DNA of 64,000 nt. It comes from Lama glama (taxonomy: Eukaryota). Location of the stretch: positions 32,366,001 through 32,430,000 of the forward strand of contig CM052818.1 of the NCBI GenBank assembly GCA_028534125.1, read 5' to 3'. Below, one piece after another: positions 27,321 to 41,959 of this stretch (position 1 is its first letter; each line of letters starts with the position of its first letter). Both the position numbers and the translations under genes were made by a program. A model generated the notes under the pieces. It had not been told where the DNA came from and searched no databases. It saw nothing but the letters and a program-made list of their open reading frames with translations.

Positions 27321-30300
27321 ATTATCCCTCTTACTCTGCACAGGCGTGAAAAAGTCACTGCCGACATAATTCAGACATGGTGTATGTTCTTTTTTCTCCT
27401 CTGGGTCAATTAGCAACAGGCAGGCAGCTTGGGAGCATTATTTTGCACAATGCCGGCATGAGCAGCAGGGGGACATGCCCAATGAACCTGCTTCATCACA
27501 ATTAATTAATTAACTGTGTAGCTTCTCAATTGTGAGCATAACTGTGGTCCAGGATAACAGCGAACAAGGAGACTCCTCATTGATTCTCAAGGATCCAACA
27601 AATACAGCCCTACTGAGATTTCAGAGCCAGATAATTCATACCTCAGTCCCTAGAGCTGGGAAGCCACTGGAACCTAGCATTCTGTCACCACTTACTGTGA
27701 TGTGGTTGATGCTGCCAGAACACATGCTAATGGGCTAAAGTAATCAACAGCCATTGTAATTACAGTCCGACGTAATTAATTTAATACCTTGGAGCCTTTC
27801 AGAATTAATACCTCAGCCATTACATGATGAAACTGAGTCATAGAAGAATTACTGTCAAGGCTCACGGGTGTGAATAAAATCCTCCTGGGCACTTGGCAGA
27901 GATCTGGGTCCCATTCCAAGTCCACCTGTTCCTCAGGCACCCTTGTGGCGCCCACTAGTGGTGATCGTTGTGACACTTTCATGTGGCCCATATGCACGGG
28001 GACAACCTGTTGAAAGCAGACTCTCTCTAGCTGTCAGAATGAATACCCACCGGGTGACTATGGGTCCTGCTGACACTTGTGTGCCTGGAGTCCATTCTCT
28101 TTTCAATGGCTGTTCATGAAGGTAGCAGGAATTTCATTTCATAGAGTCGAGCCTGTTCCTGAGCCAGAGGATTACAGAGCTATTTCTCAGCATTGTCTCC
28201 ATCACTCTCAGAGAAACTGAGGCACAGAGAAGGTTGTTTGCCCAAGATCCACCCCATTACAATGAAACTCAAAAGAAAATGTTTTGTTCCTACAAGACTG
28301 AGAAAGTAATTCTCTAGGGAACATGGAAGATAAAATACTGGACTGAAATTTTTAACACAGCACCCTTCCTGCTGTCCTATTCTGTTTTTCATGAGCTATT
28401 TCTCTCTAACGTGTTTTTCCCTGCCTGCTTTGTTCAGTGCAGGAGGAAGGAGCTAACATTGCTAAATGTATTTGGTAGGCTGGGTACTGGGGTCATATAA
28501 TCTTATTAAAGTCTCCCAGGAACTCTCTGAGGAGTGTATGATTGGCCCCATTTCACAGATGAAGACCGAGACCCTGAGACATTATGTCATAAGTAGAGAC
28601 GGAAATACTCTTCCTGATTCCAGAGCCACAGCACAACCCCACCTGATTCCCCAGAAGCTCCCACCTGCCCTCGGTCTTCCTCGCAAAGCTGACAGTGTAG
28701 GCAGGAGAACCTGCGCCTCCCCAGAGCGGGTGGAACGCTAGCACTCTCGTCTCCCACTTCCTGGTGATGATGGGATCCTCCCTCGATGCCTCTTTCAATA
28801 TAACATTTATTGTTTTTTCTGATTACGAAAGTGCTCTGCATTCATTGTAGAACATTAGGAAAATATAAAGAAGAAAATTGAAATTGCTCGTAGTCTTACC
28901 CTCCAAAGATAACCCCTGTTACCATGTTTGTACATTTCTGTCCAGACAGATATAGATTTGAGCAGAGGGAAAGATAAAGAGAGGATTTATACTAACTTGG
29001 TATCATACCATGTAAGCATTTTGTGTCTTCTTTCTTTACTTGATATATTTCCTATATCAATATTATTCTTCATAAATATGCTTTTAATGGTTGCATACAC
29101 TAAATTTATTGTTTTTATTGTAAAGTAATAGATGTTCATTGTAAAAATTTTAGAAAAGAAAGAAAAGCCACAGAAGGAAAAAATACCTGTAAATCCATAA
29201 CTTCACCAGCCAGGGATCCCACAGTTATTACTTTTGTAAATAACCTTCATTGTTTTTCTTGCTGTGTTTTTACAAAGAGAGCATGTGGGTATCCCTGGTT
29301 GGGTGTTCTGGCTTCAATATGATTCCTCAGAAAGGAGAAGACATGGGGCGCTGTTTCCAGAAAGGATCTCAGTCTTTTAAGTCTCCTACATGGCCAGGAA
29401 TTCAGCATTTCTTAAGCCTCCATAATTGCAAGTATTTCCCAGCATCTTTTATTTGCTTGTTATCAGAAATCTGCATCTGGCCTGCTTCTTGCTGAGTTGC
29501 ACTGATTTTTCATTAGGCTATTTATAGCTAGAGAGTTGGTGTTTGTATTTTCCAGGTGAATTAGAAGATGGTGTACAAAAACACTGGGTTTTGCAGTGAG
29601 TCAGTGCTCTCACTTAAAATGAATAAGGCCCAATTGAAACCAAGAAACTCTTAAAATGATGAGTGCACACCCAGAAGTACAGCCCTGTGGCATCTTAGAT
29701 TGGGAAGAAACTTTAACCTCCATTCAAAGCCTGGATGTCCCTGGCAACATCCGCAGTCCGGGCCGTCCAGTCACTGCTGGATGGACCTCGGTATGGGGAA
29801 TAGCCAGGGAGTACACACCCCACCCCCCACAAACAAGCTCATCTCTGAGCATCTGTCTGCTGAAGTGAAATACACACTAGAGCATCCATCCTGGGTTTTG
29901 TCTCTATGCTGGAATACACGCAGCCCTTCAGAAATTCAAACAAAGGTAGAGCATCCCCCCATAGCATTCCCTACGTTTGGGGGTGCTGCATTCGAACAGA
30001 CATTATTTGATACCACTGAGTCTTTTTTGTCCAACTTTAGCCTGAATTCCATGCTGATTTTTTTTTTTATGGATTCAAGAGATTGTTGTGAAGTTGCCAC
30101 GAGGTATGCATTGCAAACACAGGGCATATTCTAGACACAAAATTGCAGTTATTACCCCTGGAGAAGGAAAGGGCCCTGAGAGAAATAATAGCATTAAGCC
30201 TAGCCACAAGGCTGCTCCTGCTTTACATACAGAACTTTAATTAATAAAATGACAAACACTGGTAGCACATAATTGGAAAGTCTATCGGGCCCCCCCTCCG

Positions 30301-30586
30301 AGAGGGAGGGAAAAAAGCCCTTGTGAAAGGCCGGCTGGAGCCAGAAATTATAATTGCTGGTGGTGTGCTCCTGGCATTGTCTCTTTTCACTTGTCTCATC
30401 TGCTGTCTGCATGTAAAAGAGCTTATTAGTCAAAAGCTGTCACTTACAACCTATGTCTATTAGGGCACTTCTAGAAAGGATCAAAAATTTTATCATTACA
30501 GCTTCCAACAAGTGTTAACTTCCTGTAAATATTATGTAGGGTTTGTATGAGATTTCCTATACTTATGTGAATACCTTTGAGATGCA

Positions 30587-30590
<4 letters not shown>

Positions 30591-30616
<26 letters not shown>
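30591..30616. repeat. (CA)13 microsatellite
   Basis: Direct read. Confidence 0.95.
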
Positions 30617-30617
<1 letters not shown>

Positions 30618-30714
30618 TCATTTGTGACTATTAATTGTCTGGCAAAGGCAGAAATAAAGGTTATAAATGGTTTAAAATTCACTATCTCCATAGTTCTCCC
30701 AATAAGAAGATATT

Positions 30715-30850
30715 TCTGTGGTAAGATCTTGTTAAAATATAAATTCTGATTCAGCAGGCCTAGGGTAGGGCCTGAAACCCTGTATTTCTAACAAACTTCC
30801 AGTCATGCCAACACTGCTGGTTCACAGACCACGATTTGATCAACAAGTGT
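30715..30850. mobile_element. MER5A fragment
   Basis: ttctgattcagcaggcctagggtagggcctga...tgtatttctaacaaacttcc...ctgctggttcacagaccac. Confidence 0.7.
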
Positions 30851-30924
30851 CTAGAAAATCTTCACAATACAAGCCCCAAAGATTTAAGTGTTACCATAAC
30901 ATGTTACATGTACACAGCACTCTA

Positions 30925-31140
30925 GATGCGGTAGAAAGAGCATAGAACGTACTGTGGAATCCAGCTCTGTGGCATGTGGACTTAGTCATCATGCCTGACT
31001 GACAACCTCTCTAAGCCTTAGATTCTGTATCTGAAAAATGGGTGTGATATTACCTACAGGAAGAGATGTTGTGAGTGTAAAAATGAGAGCATATGTACAA
31101 GTGCCTTGTGCAGCTCTCTAGTATGCAATAAAAAGTCAAT
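30925..31140 (+). mobile_element. MIR SINE
   Basis: aacctctctaagccttagattctgtatctgaaaaatgggt...gttgtgag. Confidence 0.6.
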
Positions 31141-31801
31141 TAATAAATTACTTTATCCTATAGACCACCCAGATAGAAGCTGATCTTATTAAGATCAAAT
31201 TCCAGGAGTGTTTTTTGGCTCCTCTGAGTACCTGACTGTCAAGATCAAACCAGGTCTACCTGGCATGAGTACGTATAATGTCAAAAGGGTTATTTAATCT
31301 AGGACTGTAGAAGGAAAGTGGAAGACTTTGAAAAGGATATGAGTCTTCAGTCTGTTCTAGGAACCACATACAGTTGCTTTATACACTTAGATACAAGTAA
31401 TTAATAAGGGATATTCTGTAAGAATAGACATCAGCCCTCCGGTTCTTCTAATTAAGAAATTGTTGAGGACCTTACCTTGTAGGCAAAGAGGATAGTTCTG
31501 GTCCCATTTGCATCCTCAGATCGTCCCTGCTCACATGACCTCAGCCCACGGCTCTCTCACTCTCAAGGTCATCCTGTCTTTGCCCAGGGTTGATGTGACA
31601 GGCCCATGAAGACCCTCTGCTGAGGACGGGGTCCTCTCCCCTGCAGGAAAAAACACTCCTTCTAAGCTTTGGTGATGGTGGGCCCATTATAAGCCATTTT
31701 TCAGCTATTTAAGTATTGCCTCTTATTCAGAGTCCAAGATGAAAATGGACCCCTCACCGAGAAGGCCAGGCAGCTTCCTGCACTAAATAGCCCCATCTCC
31801 C

Positions 31802-31980
31802 CAGTGGTCTCAGCCTAGGCTGCACTTTAGAGTTACCTGGAGAGATCTGAAAAACTGTCGATGTCCAGGATCTACCCAAGGCCAATTAAATCAGAATCTT
31901 GGGTGGAGACTAGACATGGGTAGTCCTGAAAAAGCTCCCCAGGTGATTCTGATCTGCAACCGAGGTTGAAAAACCACAGG
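31802..31980. mobile_element. MER5-like DNA transposon
   Basis: cagtggtctcagcctaggctgcac...ttaaatcagaatct...aaaagctccccaggtgattctgat...ggttgaaaaaccac. Confidence 0.75.
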
Positions 31981-34900
31981 TTTAACCATTTCATTCACAA
32001 CCTGTGAGCTCTACTTTCATATTCTTTATCTCACTCAATCTTTATAACCACCTTTCAAGGCCAGCAGGGAGGGTACAGTTATTATCACAAGTTTGTCTAC
32101 AAGAAAACAGGCTCAGAAGGAATAAGAGGTTGGCTTAAAGTCATACAGTTAATTCTCTTTGGCCTTGGAGCACAAACTCCAATTTATCCCATTGTCAACA
32201 AGCAAGGAGACAACGACAGTCTGACAAGCTGCTGGAGAACGAATGTTGATTCAAAGGGGAGTTGCTTCTGGTCTGTTGTGGAAAGGAAGTGGGATGGGTC
32301 ACAGGTGCCTGGGGCAGAGGGGCAAGGCCCCGGAGGCCTCTCTCTAGCTCTGTGCTTCTCTGCAGATTCTGATGCAGTAGGTCTAGGGTCAGGCCAGAGA
32401 GTCTGCATCTCTAATGAGTTTCCAGGTAACACCAATGACACCAGCCTTAAGATCCCTCCCCACCTCCCAGTAGCAAAGCACTGACCAACCCTTAGAGGCA
32501 GAATCTGGAATCACTGGGGATAAGTACAGGTGAAAAGTCAGCCAGGTGAAAAACTATAGATTCTGCATGGCTTGAATCTTGAAGGACAGCGTCTGCTCAC
32601 CTTATCAAACACTCCGTGGATGAAAAAATAAATGGCCAAAAAAAAAAAACCCTTTGCTAGCTGCTCACTGGCTGCCAGCAGGCAATCTTATTCTAAACCT
32701 TTGCATCTGTTTCTAGAACTAGACTTTGCCGAAACTCAGATAGTATATACCTTGGCTTGAGTTTGGCTGTAGATACATGTTTTCTAAACATAGGTGGTAA
32801 TATTGTAAGATGAAAGGAAAGTTAAGTTTTAATTCTTCTATTTATCCATAGCTCCCAACAGTTGGGTCAAGTGACCATCTTGACCCAAGTCCTATCTTAT
32901 GGCAAGACAGTTTTGACTTGACTGTTCTATGTCTTCACTGTCAAGTGACTCTGATTACCTTCCCTTTTGCTATACTCAGCACATTTGCAGTTACTCATTT
33001 AAATTCAGACTTGCTGACTAGACAGTAAGCTCCATGAAGGCAGGAAAGATAGTTATACGCAGCACAGAGTAGGTATGCAATAAATATTTGTTGAATGAAT
33101 GGGTGGTCATCTCCCCCAAGGATTGATACCAAGAGGGATCCTGGTGGACCTCCTCAGGAGTTAAGAATACTATCCTTAGCACCACCCCTTGGAGCCAGCC
33201 CAGTTCTCTCCTGACCAGGCTTATTGTCCAAAAGTATAGTGCAGGGAAATGGAGAAAGCTCAGCAGTCATTGGCCAATGGCCCCATATGATAGGGCTGCA
33301 TCTCACTGACATGCTCATGCCTCTAGCAGACTCTACTTCAAATCTAGTTTCCTAAGAACAGCTGAGAGGTATGAATTTTTGAGTATAGCCAGTTGGCTAT
33401 GAAGTGGATAGATCCTCTCCTCTTTCCTGGAACCTGACTCCTGGAAGGGAGGAAAGTGCTAAGGAACTTCGCAGGATGCAAAGTTGGTTTCTGTTCCCTA
33501 GAAAGAGACCTAGTAGAGACAGGAAGGTCGTCCTGTATATGGATACATTTTTATTCCTTCTGACACTGATCAGCTCCTACCATATGCCTTACACTTGACA
33601 ACTACTGAATTCAAGATGAATAAGACAGTCCCTGCACTGAAGGAACTTGTAGTCCAAGGGGCCTGGGGGGAGGAAAGAAGACAAGGTAGCAGGGCTACAC
33701 CATGTGATGATCCCAGTGGCCTCGGTTTTAAGATTTCAGACAAGAGGGTAGTCGTTCCTGAGACAAATGATAAAAAATGACTCCCTGAAAAAAAAAACAT
33801 TTAATTTACGTGGCAAGAAAGAAAGAGCAGGTAGAGAAAGTAGAAGGATCAAAAGCACAGAAGCAGAAAAAGGCATGGCAGGTGCAAATCTGTCAAGTTG
33901 ACTGCTGCAGGGGAGTCTAGGAACCCACATTCATTGAGCCTCCATGTGTGGACTACTGAGTGAGAACTCTGGCAGACCCCACTGCTTGTCTGGTCACTCT
34001 AAGGGTAATATAGACAATTCTCCAGCCACTTCAAAACCCAAAACACAGACTTATTTAGAAATCAAAATGCCCGTCCCTTCAAAACTTCCATCTTGCTTTA
34101 AAGTCAGGGCTGCTTCCCTTCCCCTCCCCCCACCACTCTTGGTCCTACTCCAGGTGAAAAGCCTGAAATCAGGGAAAGGGTAATCATTGACCTCTCTTTT
34201 CATCGCCCAGCTCTGCTCCTCTTCTTGCTGCCTTCTGGCCCTTTAAGGTCTTGAGCACAGGGGAGAAGAGATACGAGGAATAGGGAAGCTCTTGCTTGAC
34301 CTGGACTGCTATGCTGATTACATTGGTATTCTCTAAATATGGCAAATACCTAAGGCTTACTATTTTTCACTGAGGGCACTTCTGTGGTTTCTTTGGAGAT
34401 GTACCTTTCTCCCCAGACCCTCTGCTATGGCTGGAAATCCTTTGCCTTGACCAGGGCATATATCTCTCCATCCAGGTGGCCAGTTACTCCCTCTGCCCTT
34501 GGGCATCTCAAGATACCTGCTGTTTCTTTCTGCTGAATTCTAGTTACCCCTCCAAGCAGCCCTCTTGGGCCAGATCTAAAATGACCGACATGGGCTCCCA
34601 TGTACATGGCTCGCTCTAGTCTGTGTGCGCCCCTGATGTATTTTTTGCCCCAGCAAACTCTGGGCTTGCAGGCCACGCAAAACTTCCACTTTACCTTTGT
34701 TCTACCATCAGAGCAGCTAACCATTCTAATTTATATTTTAGATTTTCTTTCTCAGGTGGGAGATAAACTCTAATCCATGATGCTCCCATCAAGTATTTGA
34801 TGGGGTATCATTAAAACCATTCTCTCTTGAGTTGGGGTAAGGAGGGAACTTTCTTCACTGGAGGGTGAAGTGAGGTAGAACACTTCACCATGAAAAGCAC

Positions 34901-35319
34901 CTACCAAAAACCCTCTCCTAATAGTCACAAACTTTTTTTATATCCAAAGTATATTGAGGGAGTAATGATTGTGTGCCCTATTTTTACCCACCCTCTCTTG
35001 AAAACCCTGCCTCATTGTGCTCTCAAACTTCCCTTTGAAATGCAGTACCTGTTGCCTCAATGCTTTGGCCCAAATTCCTTTTTAATGTTTTATTGCACAA
35101 TATATTATCTCATTTAATTATCCATATAACCCTGTAAGATAGATAAAACTATCCCCATCTTAGAGAATAGAGAACTGAGCTTCAGATTTACCAAAATAGC
35201 AGGAACAAATTTTGAATCCAGATCTTTCAGACTCTAGAGCTTTCAGACCATCCCAGGGTGGAGGATCCATGTGGTGCAGCATAAATACTTGATAAATATC
35301 CATTGAATGGTGGGAAAGT

Positions 35320-36100
35320 TGATTTGCCTGGTTTATAAGGGAATGTGAACATGTTGATATTAATTGATAGGGAGCGAGAAACCACTGAAGAGTCACAGAT
35401 GGCTGTGATAAACTGGCAACTGTGACAGGAATATACAAAAGAATTTAGAAGGGAGAAGGAATGGAGAGGAGAGGCACTTTTGGAGGCTATGGAGGGAGTA
35501 CAAAGAGTAAGTTATAAAGGACATGGTGAATGTTACTCTAGAGGAATGAAGATAGAAGCCAGGTTGAAAGAATTTACAGAGAGAATGGGCGACAAAGAAA
35601 TAGAAGCAGCAGCTACGGGCCAGTCATCCAAGGTATTAACACCTGAGTGGAGGCACGGAAATAGGCTGCAAGCCAGAGGAGCCAGCAGGATCAAATAAAG
35701 GATGTTTTTCCAGGATGAGCAGACAGAGGAGCCAGAAGGTAGAGAGAGTCTGAAGAGAAAGAAAAAGCTGTTATTGAGAGAGCAAGGACTAGGAGGAGGT
35801 GAAAAGAGGAAGGGTTAACATAGGAGAAGGTGAAAGGTACATCTTCCTCTAGGACAGGAAAGGAATAGAGAAGATGGATAAATAGATACATATGCTGTGG
35901 GGAAAAAAGAGGTTGGAGGAGATTGCATCTGATATATCAAAACTTTATCAGTAAAGAAGGATCCAAAATAATGGCTTGAGCACTGGGAAGTGACAGCATA
36001 AGTGTTTGAGGAAGAGTTTGAGACACCTTTGTGCTATGTGTGTTAAGAAATCAACTGTGGAAGTCAACAGTGGATGAATAAGTACCAACCATCCAGGGCA
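35320..36100 (-). mobile_element. Long decayed LINE-2 fragment
   Basis: Purine-rich L2 antisense character: gaagccaggttgaaaga...gagagaatggg...gaaatagaagcagc...ggatcaaataaagg. Confidence 0.5.
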
Positions 36101-37525
36101 TTGAGGTTCAACAGTCTGATTTCAGGAAGGTCCGAATCAGCAATATTTGACCAGGGAGCAAAAGAAGAAAAAGCATATGGCAAGCGTCATCCCAAGCTGA
36201 GTGCTGCAGGGCAATGAGCTGAGGGCTGGGAGGGCTTAGTTAGCAGAAGTAGGATTAAAATTTCCATTCTTGGCATCCAGACCAAATGAGAAAGCCAAGT
36301 GGGGCCAATAAAAAATTTAACAGATTTGTGAAGTTATCCTGGAACGTGCAGCAGAGACAAGTATTTGCTATACTGGATCTGGGGAAATGGGAAGAGTATA
36401 AGTGAACAGGTTATGGTTATAGAGACCAGGCTTGCCAGGCTCAGGCTCTCAGAAGTGGAACAGCACATGGGCACCCCAGTGCCAGGGCAGCCTTGTTAGT
36501 GAAGGGTTGGTATGCAACAGCGTGGGAAGTCTTCTGCTTCAGTGCCTCATGGCATATAACCTCTTTGGTCAAATTGTGAGGTAACCATGAGCTCAGAGAC
36601 TGGAAGAAAAGCAGTGGTGATCTACAGAGAAGCATGTCTTCCAGCAATGAGAATCAGAGTAAAAGAGTCATCATAGCTGATGAAAACTCCAGCTTGCCAT
36701 AGGACATATTCTCCTTCTTTTCTGTAATAGACATTTTTATTACAGGATCTGAACAGGATTATTGAGGGCAATGATAAGCTGTAGTTGTCCTAAATTTTAA
36801 ATGTTGTTTATAGATTGTTTCTACCAAACATACAAACTCTATTATTTTAAACACAAAGACCAGACACCTTGTTTATAGTACATACTGCTTCTGGGCATAA
36901 CTCTACTTAAACTTTCTGAGATATATTAGTTACAGTTACCTTTCAAATGTCAGGGTACAATGCCAAGGAAACCTTTAATAGAGACACAATGAAACCATAT
37001 AATTGTACCTTGCTTTTGGCAAAGTGTGCCCCTCATTCTGAAAGAAAACCATGTTAAAAAATCTTGATATGTATACTTTTGTCTCATCTTTGTCCACGAA
37101 TGGCCACAGGTATCAAGTCATAAGTTAGCTAACATATGACATGGTACCAGTCAAATAAGATTATTACAATGTTTGAGGAAGAAATAAAAACCTATGATAG
37201 CTAAATCACTAAAAGAAACTGAATCACAAAATCACTTGCCCAAGGTCACGAAGTGAATTGGGACCACAGACAAGAATCTCTGGGTCCTCTTTAGGAAGTT
37301 CATGTAATACCTCACTGGTGTTGATACCCCCTCAGAGGCAGAATCTTGTGAAATTTAGGATGATGACATCGACCTGAACAAAGTTCCACAATTGCTCGTT
37401 AGTTTCCCCTCCCAGCTCCTCGAACCTTAATGAAAACCACTTTGGGAGTCAGTGAGTGAGATCAGGCTGTGGGTGACTAGCTCCTCACAGGGGAGACTTC
37501 GACTGAGTTCCAGAAAAATCCTTGA

Positions 37526-38035
<510 letters not shown>

Positions 38036-39744
38036 TAGGAAAAAGTAAAATTGAGCAATTCATTTGACTCCTAAATATAATCAGGCTTTATATGTATGTG
38101 GCATTTTCTCTTAGTTAATGCATTTTTGTCTTACTTTCCCGTTTGACATTCTATTTATTCCTTATTAACAGCAACAAAACCTGTGACCTAGGTAGGCTAG
38201 GCCTTATGTTTCCCATTCCTGCTCTTTTACAAGGTTCTCATTCACTGAGAACCAAAGAGGTGAAGCATCAGCAAGTTGAGATTGGAGCGAGGCTGGTGCT
38301 CAGGCCAGTCCAAGCCCAGTGCTCTGTGGAGTCTGGTGCCTGAAACAGGTGGATGGGAAATTCTTCAGTAAACAGAAGAGTGCTTCTACCAGAGGCTGTG
38401 GTTGCTGTTTAGATTCCAAGACTAATGACCTTCGTGACCTTGAATATCTCTGGGCCTCAGTTTCCTAGTCTTTAAACTGAAAAGGTTGGACTAGAAGATG
38501 GTTAACTCTGTGTGGCTCTGAAATGGAGCAGGAACTGCTCTGGTCAGCTGCCACTTGTCTCCCCAGGACGGCACCAGTCTGCCACTACAGTCAGCCTGGA
38601 GCAGGCAGTGCCTGACCAGCAGCAGCTCCCGTGATGCTCTGCCATGTCTTGGGTATGACTGAAACCTCGAAGGTTGGTGCTGGTCTGTTCCAGACCAAAG
38701 AAGGGGGCAGGGATCATTTCTTTAAATGGGACAGATTAATGAATCTGGAAGGGAAAAGCCATCTTTAATAGGCTAAATATCAAACCCTACAATCCAGAGC
38801 AGCCTCTGTATTTGACTCTCAAAACACATTCAAATTGCCACCCTAGTGGATCCTTTGAAAAATAAGAGCAAAGCAGAGAGTGATGCCAGTTGGCACGAAG
38901 CTTTGTAAATGTAAAGCTGGGTCTCAGATTCTTCACCTAGACTTCAGAGTGTGCTATTTCCAAGAGCTCATAACTTGAGCTGTGCTGTCGTAGGAAGAAG
39001 CCATTGTCCTCTGAGCACCAGCTTCCCACTCCTTCAGATGTGTGTGGGTTAAAGATCAAAGCACTTGGACATCCCAAGGCGCACTGCTGTCCCCAGAATA
39101 AATGGATTTAATTAAAGTGGAGGAAGGAGCATTGTGGACACTCTCACCATAGACTGGTCTTTTGTCCTTCGGGATTGTGAGGGCTTTGTGCAGGGATGGA
39201 GAACAGGAGGGGATGCCAGAACCCTCCCTCCCTCCCCAGAGAAGCTAAATTAATTCAGATGAATCAAAAGGATTTTTTTCTCCTCAATCCAGCAAGTCCT
39301 CTCTCTTTCATAGCCACTCCAGGGGATTTAAAGCAAGTAAGATGTTGATTCTGCTCACTCTCATCTGCTAGAGTTTTGTTTGAAGGAGACTTTGTTCTCA
39401 GCCTCCCTTCTTCTTGCTAAAGACTGTTTACCAGACTGACGTTTCCAGTATTGATACTGAGAACAAACTGTCCAGTGGGGATTCAGACAAAGGCCAGCTT
39501 GGCTGGATGATGCCTCGTAACCTATTAAGTGTGCAACTACATGAGTGGCCCCATTCACTGGGAGCCTGCACACCATTGCTGTGCTCTGATATAGGATGCT
39601 CCCCCCTCCCAGAGCTAGAGATGATATAGGAGGCACCAAGATCCAGAGGCAAATGGAACTGCAGGTGAATGAGGCACAGCAGTTCTCACTTGGTAAGACC
39701 CATCCAGACTGTCAATGTGACTGGCCTGTAAAACTAGAGAACTG

Positions 39745-39965
39745 TGGATAACAGAGCATTGGCTTAGAGTCAAAGAGTCCCAAGTTTAAAAGCCTGCTCA
39801 GCCACTTACTAGTTATGTGACCTCAGCCAATTACTGAGCCTCTCGGGGCCTCAGCACCCACATCTGCAAAATGAGTATAATATCAGTACAACTCCATAGG
39901 AGTGCTATGAGACCAAATAAAATGACTGTCAGAAGCATCTATATATAATACATATCAAGGAGTTT
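39745..39965 (+). mobile_element. MIR SINE
   Basis: ctcagccacttactagttatgtgacctcagcca...gggcctcagcacccacatctgcaaaatgag. Confidence 0.75.
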
Positions 39966-40849
39966 TATTTCCCATGTCCTTCTCCATCATCATCCCTTAG
40001 TTGTATAGCCTCAGATAATTTATTGAATAAATAGCACAAATCACATCCACTGAGCTTCCAAGTCAAGCCACATTCTATTAAACAGAAATAATAAAGTCTA
40101 CCTCTTCAGCTTGGGGAACTAAAGTGTTTGATGAACTACCTGGCTCATAGTAAATGCTTTGTCAGTAATAACTACTACTAATAATTGTAATATACTAATA
40201 ATGATATATCCCAGACTAATGCCTCAGAAGAGGCTGAGATGGCCAATTTAGCAATAATAACCATTCATACACCCTAAGATAGGGGTGAGAGTTTTTATGA
40301 ATTTGCGATCATCAATGCTCTGTCCACTCCTTATAAAGGGAAGCACACGCTTCCCTCTACCTTTCAGAGAGAGTGAGCTATAGCTGCCTAGATTGCCAGA
40401 AAATGAAAATGGGTGGATGGAGAAGGTAGAGGAAACAAATAAATAAGGAAAGGAGAAAAAATGGATAAAAAAAAGACCAGCTCCCTTCCTCCTGACCCTC
40501 AGATAGGCATTAGCACGTTGTACAAACTGCCCACATCCCATGAAGTGTCCTTATTAGGCACGTCCTGTTTTCGGCTATTCAGCACCTGCCTCTTGGACAG
40601 CTCCCAGCCAGGGTCCTTGAAAGGGCAGGAACGTCATTCCCTGTGCATCCCAAATCACCTCTGCTCCCAGGTTCCCCGGCCTCCACACTACAGAGTTTTT
40701 AAAAGCAACTTTATTAGGGCTTATAGATTAACCCTAAAGAACTCCACTGCTTTGACACCGGTCATAACCCCGGGGCATTACATGAAACTAGCCTCTGCCT
40801 AGAAATGGCGGTGACCTCCTGTCTTGTCTTCTTGTCTCCATTTTTTATC

Positions 40850-41425
40850 CCCACCCAATCCAGTCTACACAGGGAGGCTGGAACAAATTTTTTGAAATGT
40901 ATATCTAATCATATCCCATTTAAAAAATCCATCCATGGTTTCCATGGTTTTTAGAGTGCCTTTTAATCTCCTTTAAAAAGACCTTCATTTAGACCCACAT
41001 GTGATCTTCCGATTATAACCTCACCAGCCCCTTTTTATACATTCTTCTGTTACTCTACCTGGTAACCTCACTGAACTTTCAACTCAATTTCACTGTGCTA
41101 AGTTCTTAAATCCAGGCTTTTGCACCTGACATTCTCTCTACCTGCATGTTCTTCCTCTAACTTCCATCTCCCTGACCACTCTTCCTTAATTTTTTAAAGA
41201 AGCCTCCTCAGACCCCCAGACTGTATAGTATACCTACAATATATCATATGACTCTTGAAACACCCCTATAATAACTTATCACTCTTTGCTATCTGTTTTT
41301 TAAAAATCTGAATATACACATCAACAAGGCATGGATCAGGTCTGTCTTATGTATCAGTTTCCTGATTACCTAGTAACATTCCTAACACATCATATGCCCA
41401 ATAAATGCATGTTGACAGAATGAGG
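40850..41425 (+). mobile_element. LINE-2 3' region
   Basis: ccaatccagtctacac...tctaatcatatc...gcttttgcacctgacattctctctacctg...caataaatgcatgttgacagaatga. Confidence 0.6.
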
Positions 41426-41959
41426 CATTAAGGGAAACTGCATATATTTTCAAATTCCAGCTGAATTAACTGAGAATTTCACTTGTTGGAATTCATCTAA
41501 CATTCCTTCTCTTCAGCCTGCATCTAAAAAACAGATAAAAACATTATAAGAAATACTACTACAAAGTGTTCTGTATATCAAAGCAATACCTGTGTCCCAT
41601 CAGATAAACCCAAACAGCATTTGTTACTCTTATGACAAGGAATTCTCTTTAGAGATTTCACTGGTACCTGTGCTTTCTTTGTCTCTGGGCACTGTCCTGT
41701 CAGAATCACTTTGTAAGAAAGACTTTGATCTTAATTGTGTGCCCTGGTCCATGTGAGTAGGAAGAGCCAGAACTGGGCACTTGAGAGTAAAGAGCTATAT
41801 TCAGATTGCTCCCACCACACAGTAGTCCTTCTGCAAAGACTCAGAGACTATACCATAGGTGTGCAAAAGCTGCTGACAGGGAGGCATTGATCCATGGAAG
41901 GATATTTCTTCTGTCCATTTACAGCAGGCAAAGTGATAGAAATAATGCCATAGTCTGTC

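Noticed and set aside
32527..32552. Tandem caggtgaaaa x2 (paired E2 boxes)
   Set aside because: Too short to distinguish from a chance duplication, and no supporting context.
20617..32641. Shared 18-mer aaaaataaatggccaaaa at about 20617 and 32624
   Set aside because: A-rich, no extension on either side, plausible by chance in 64 kb.
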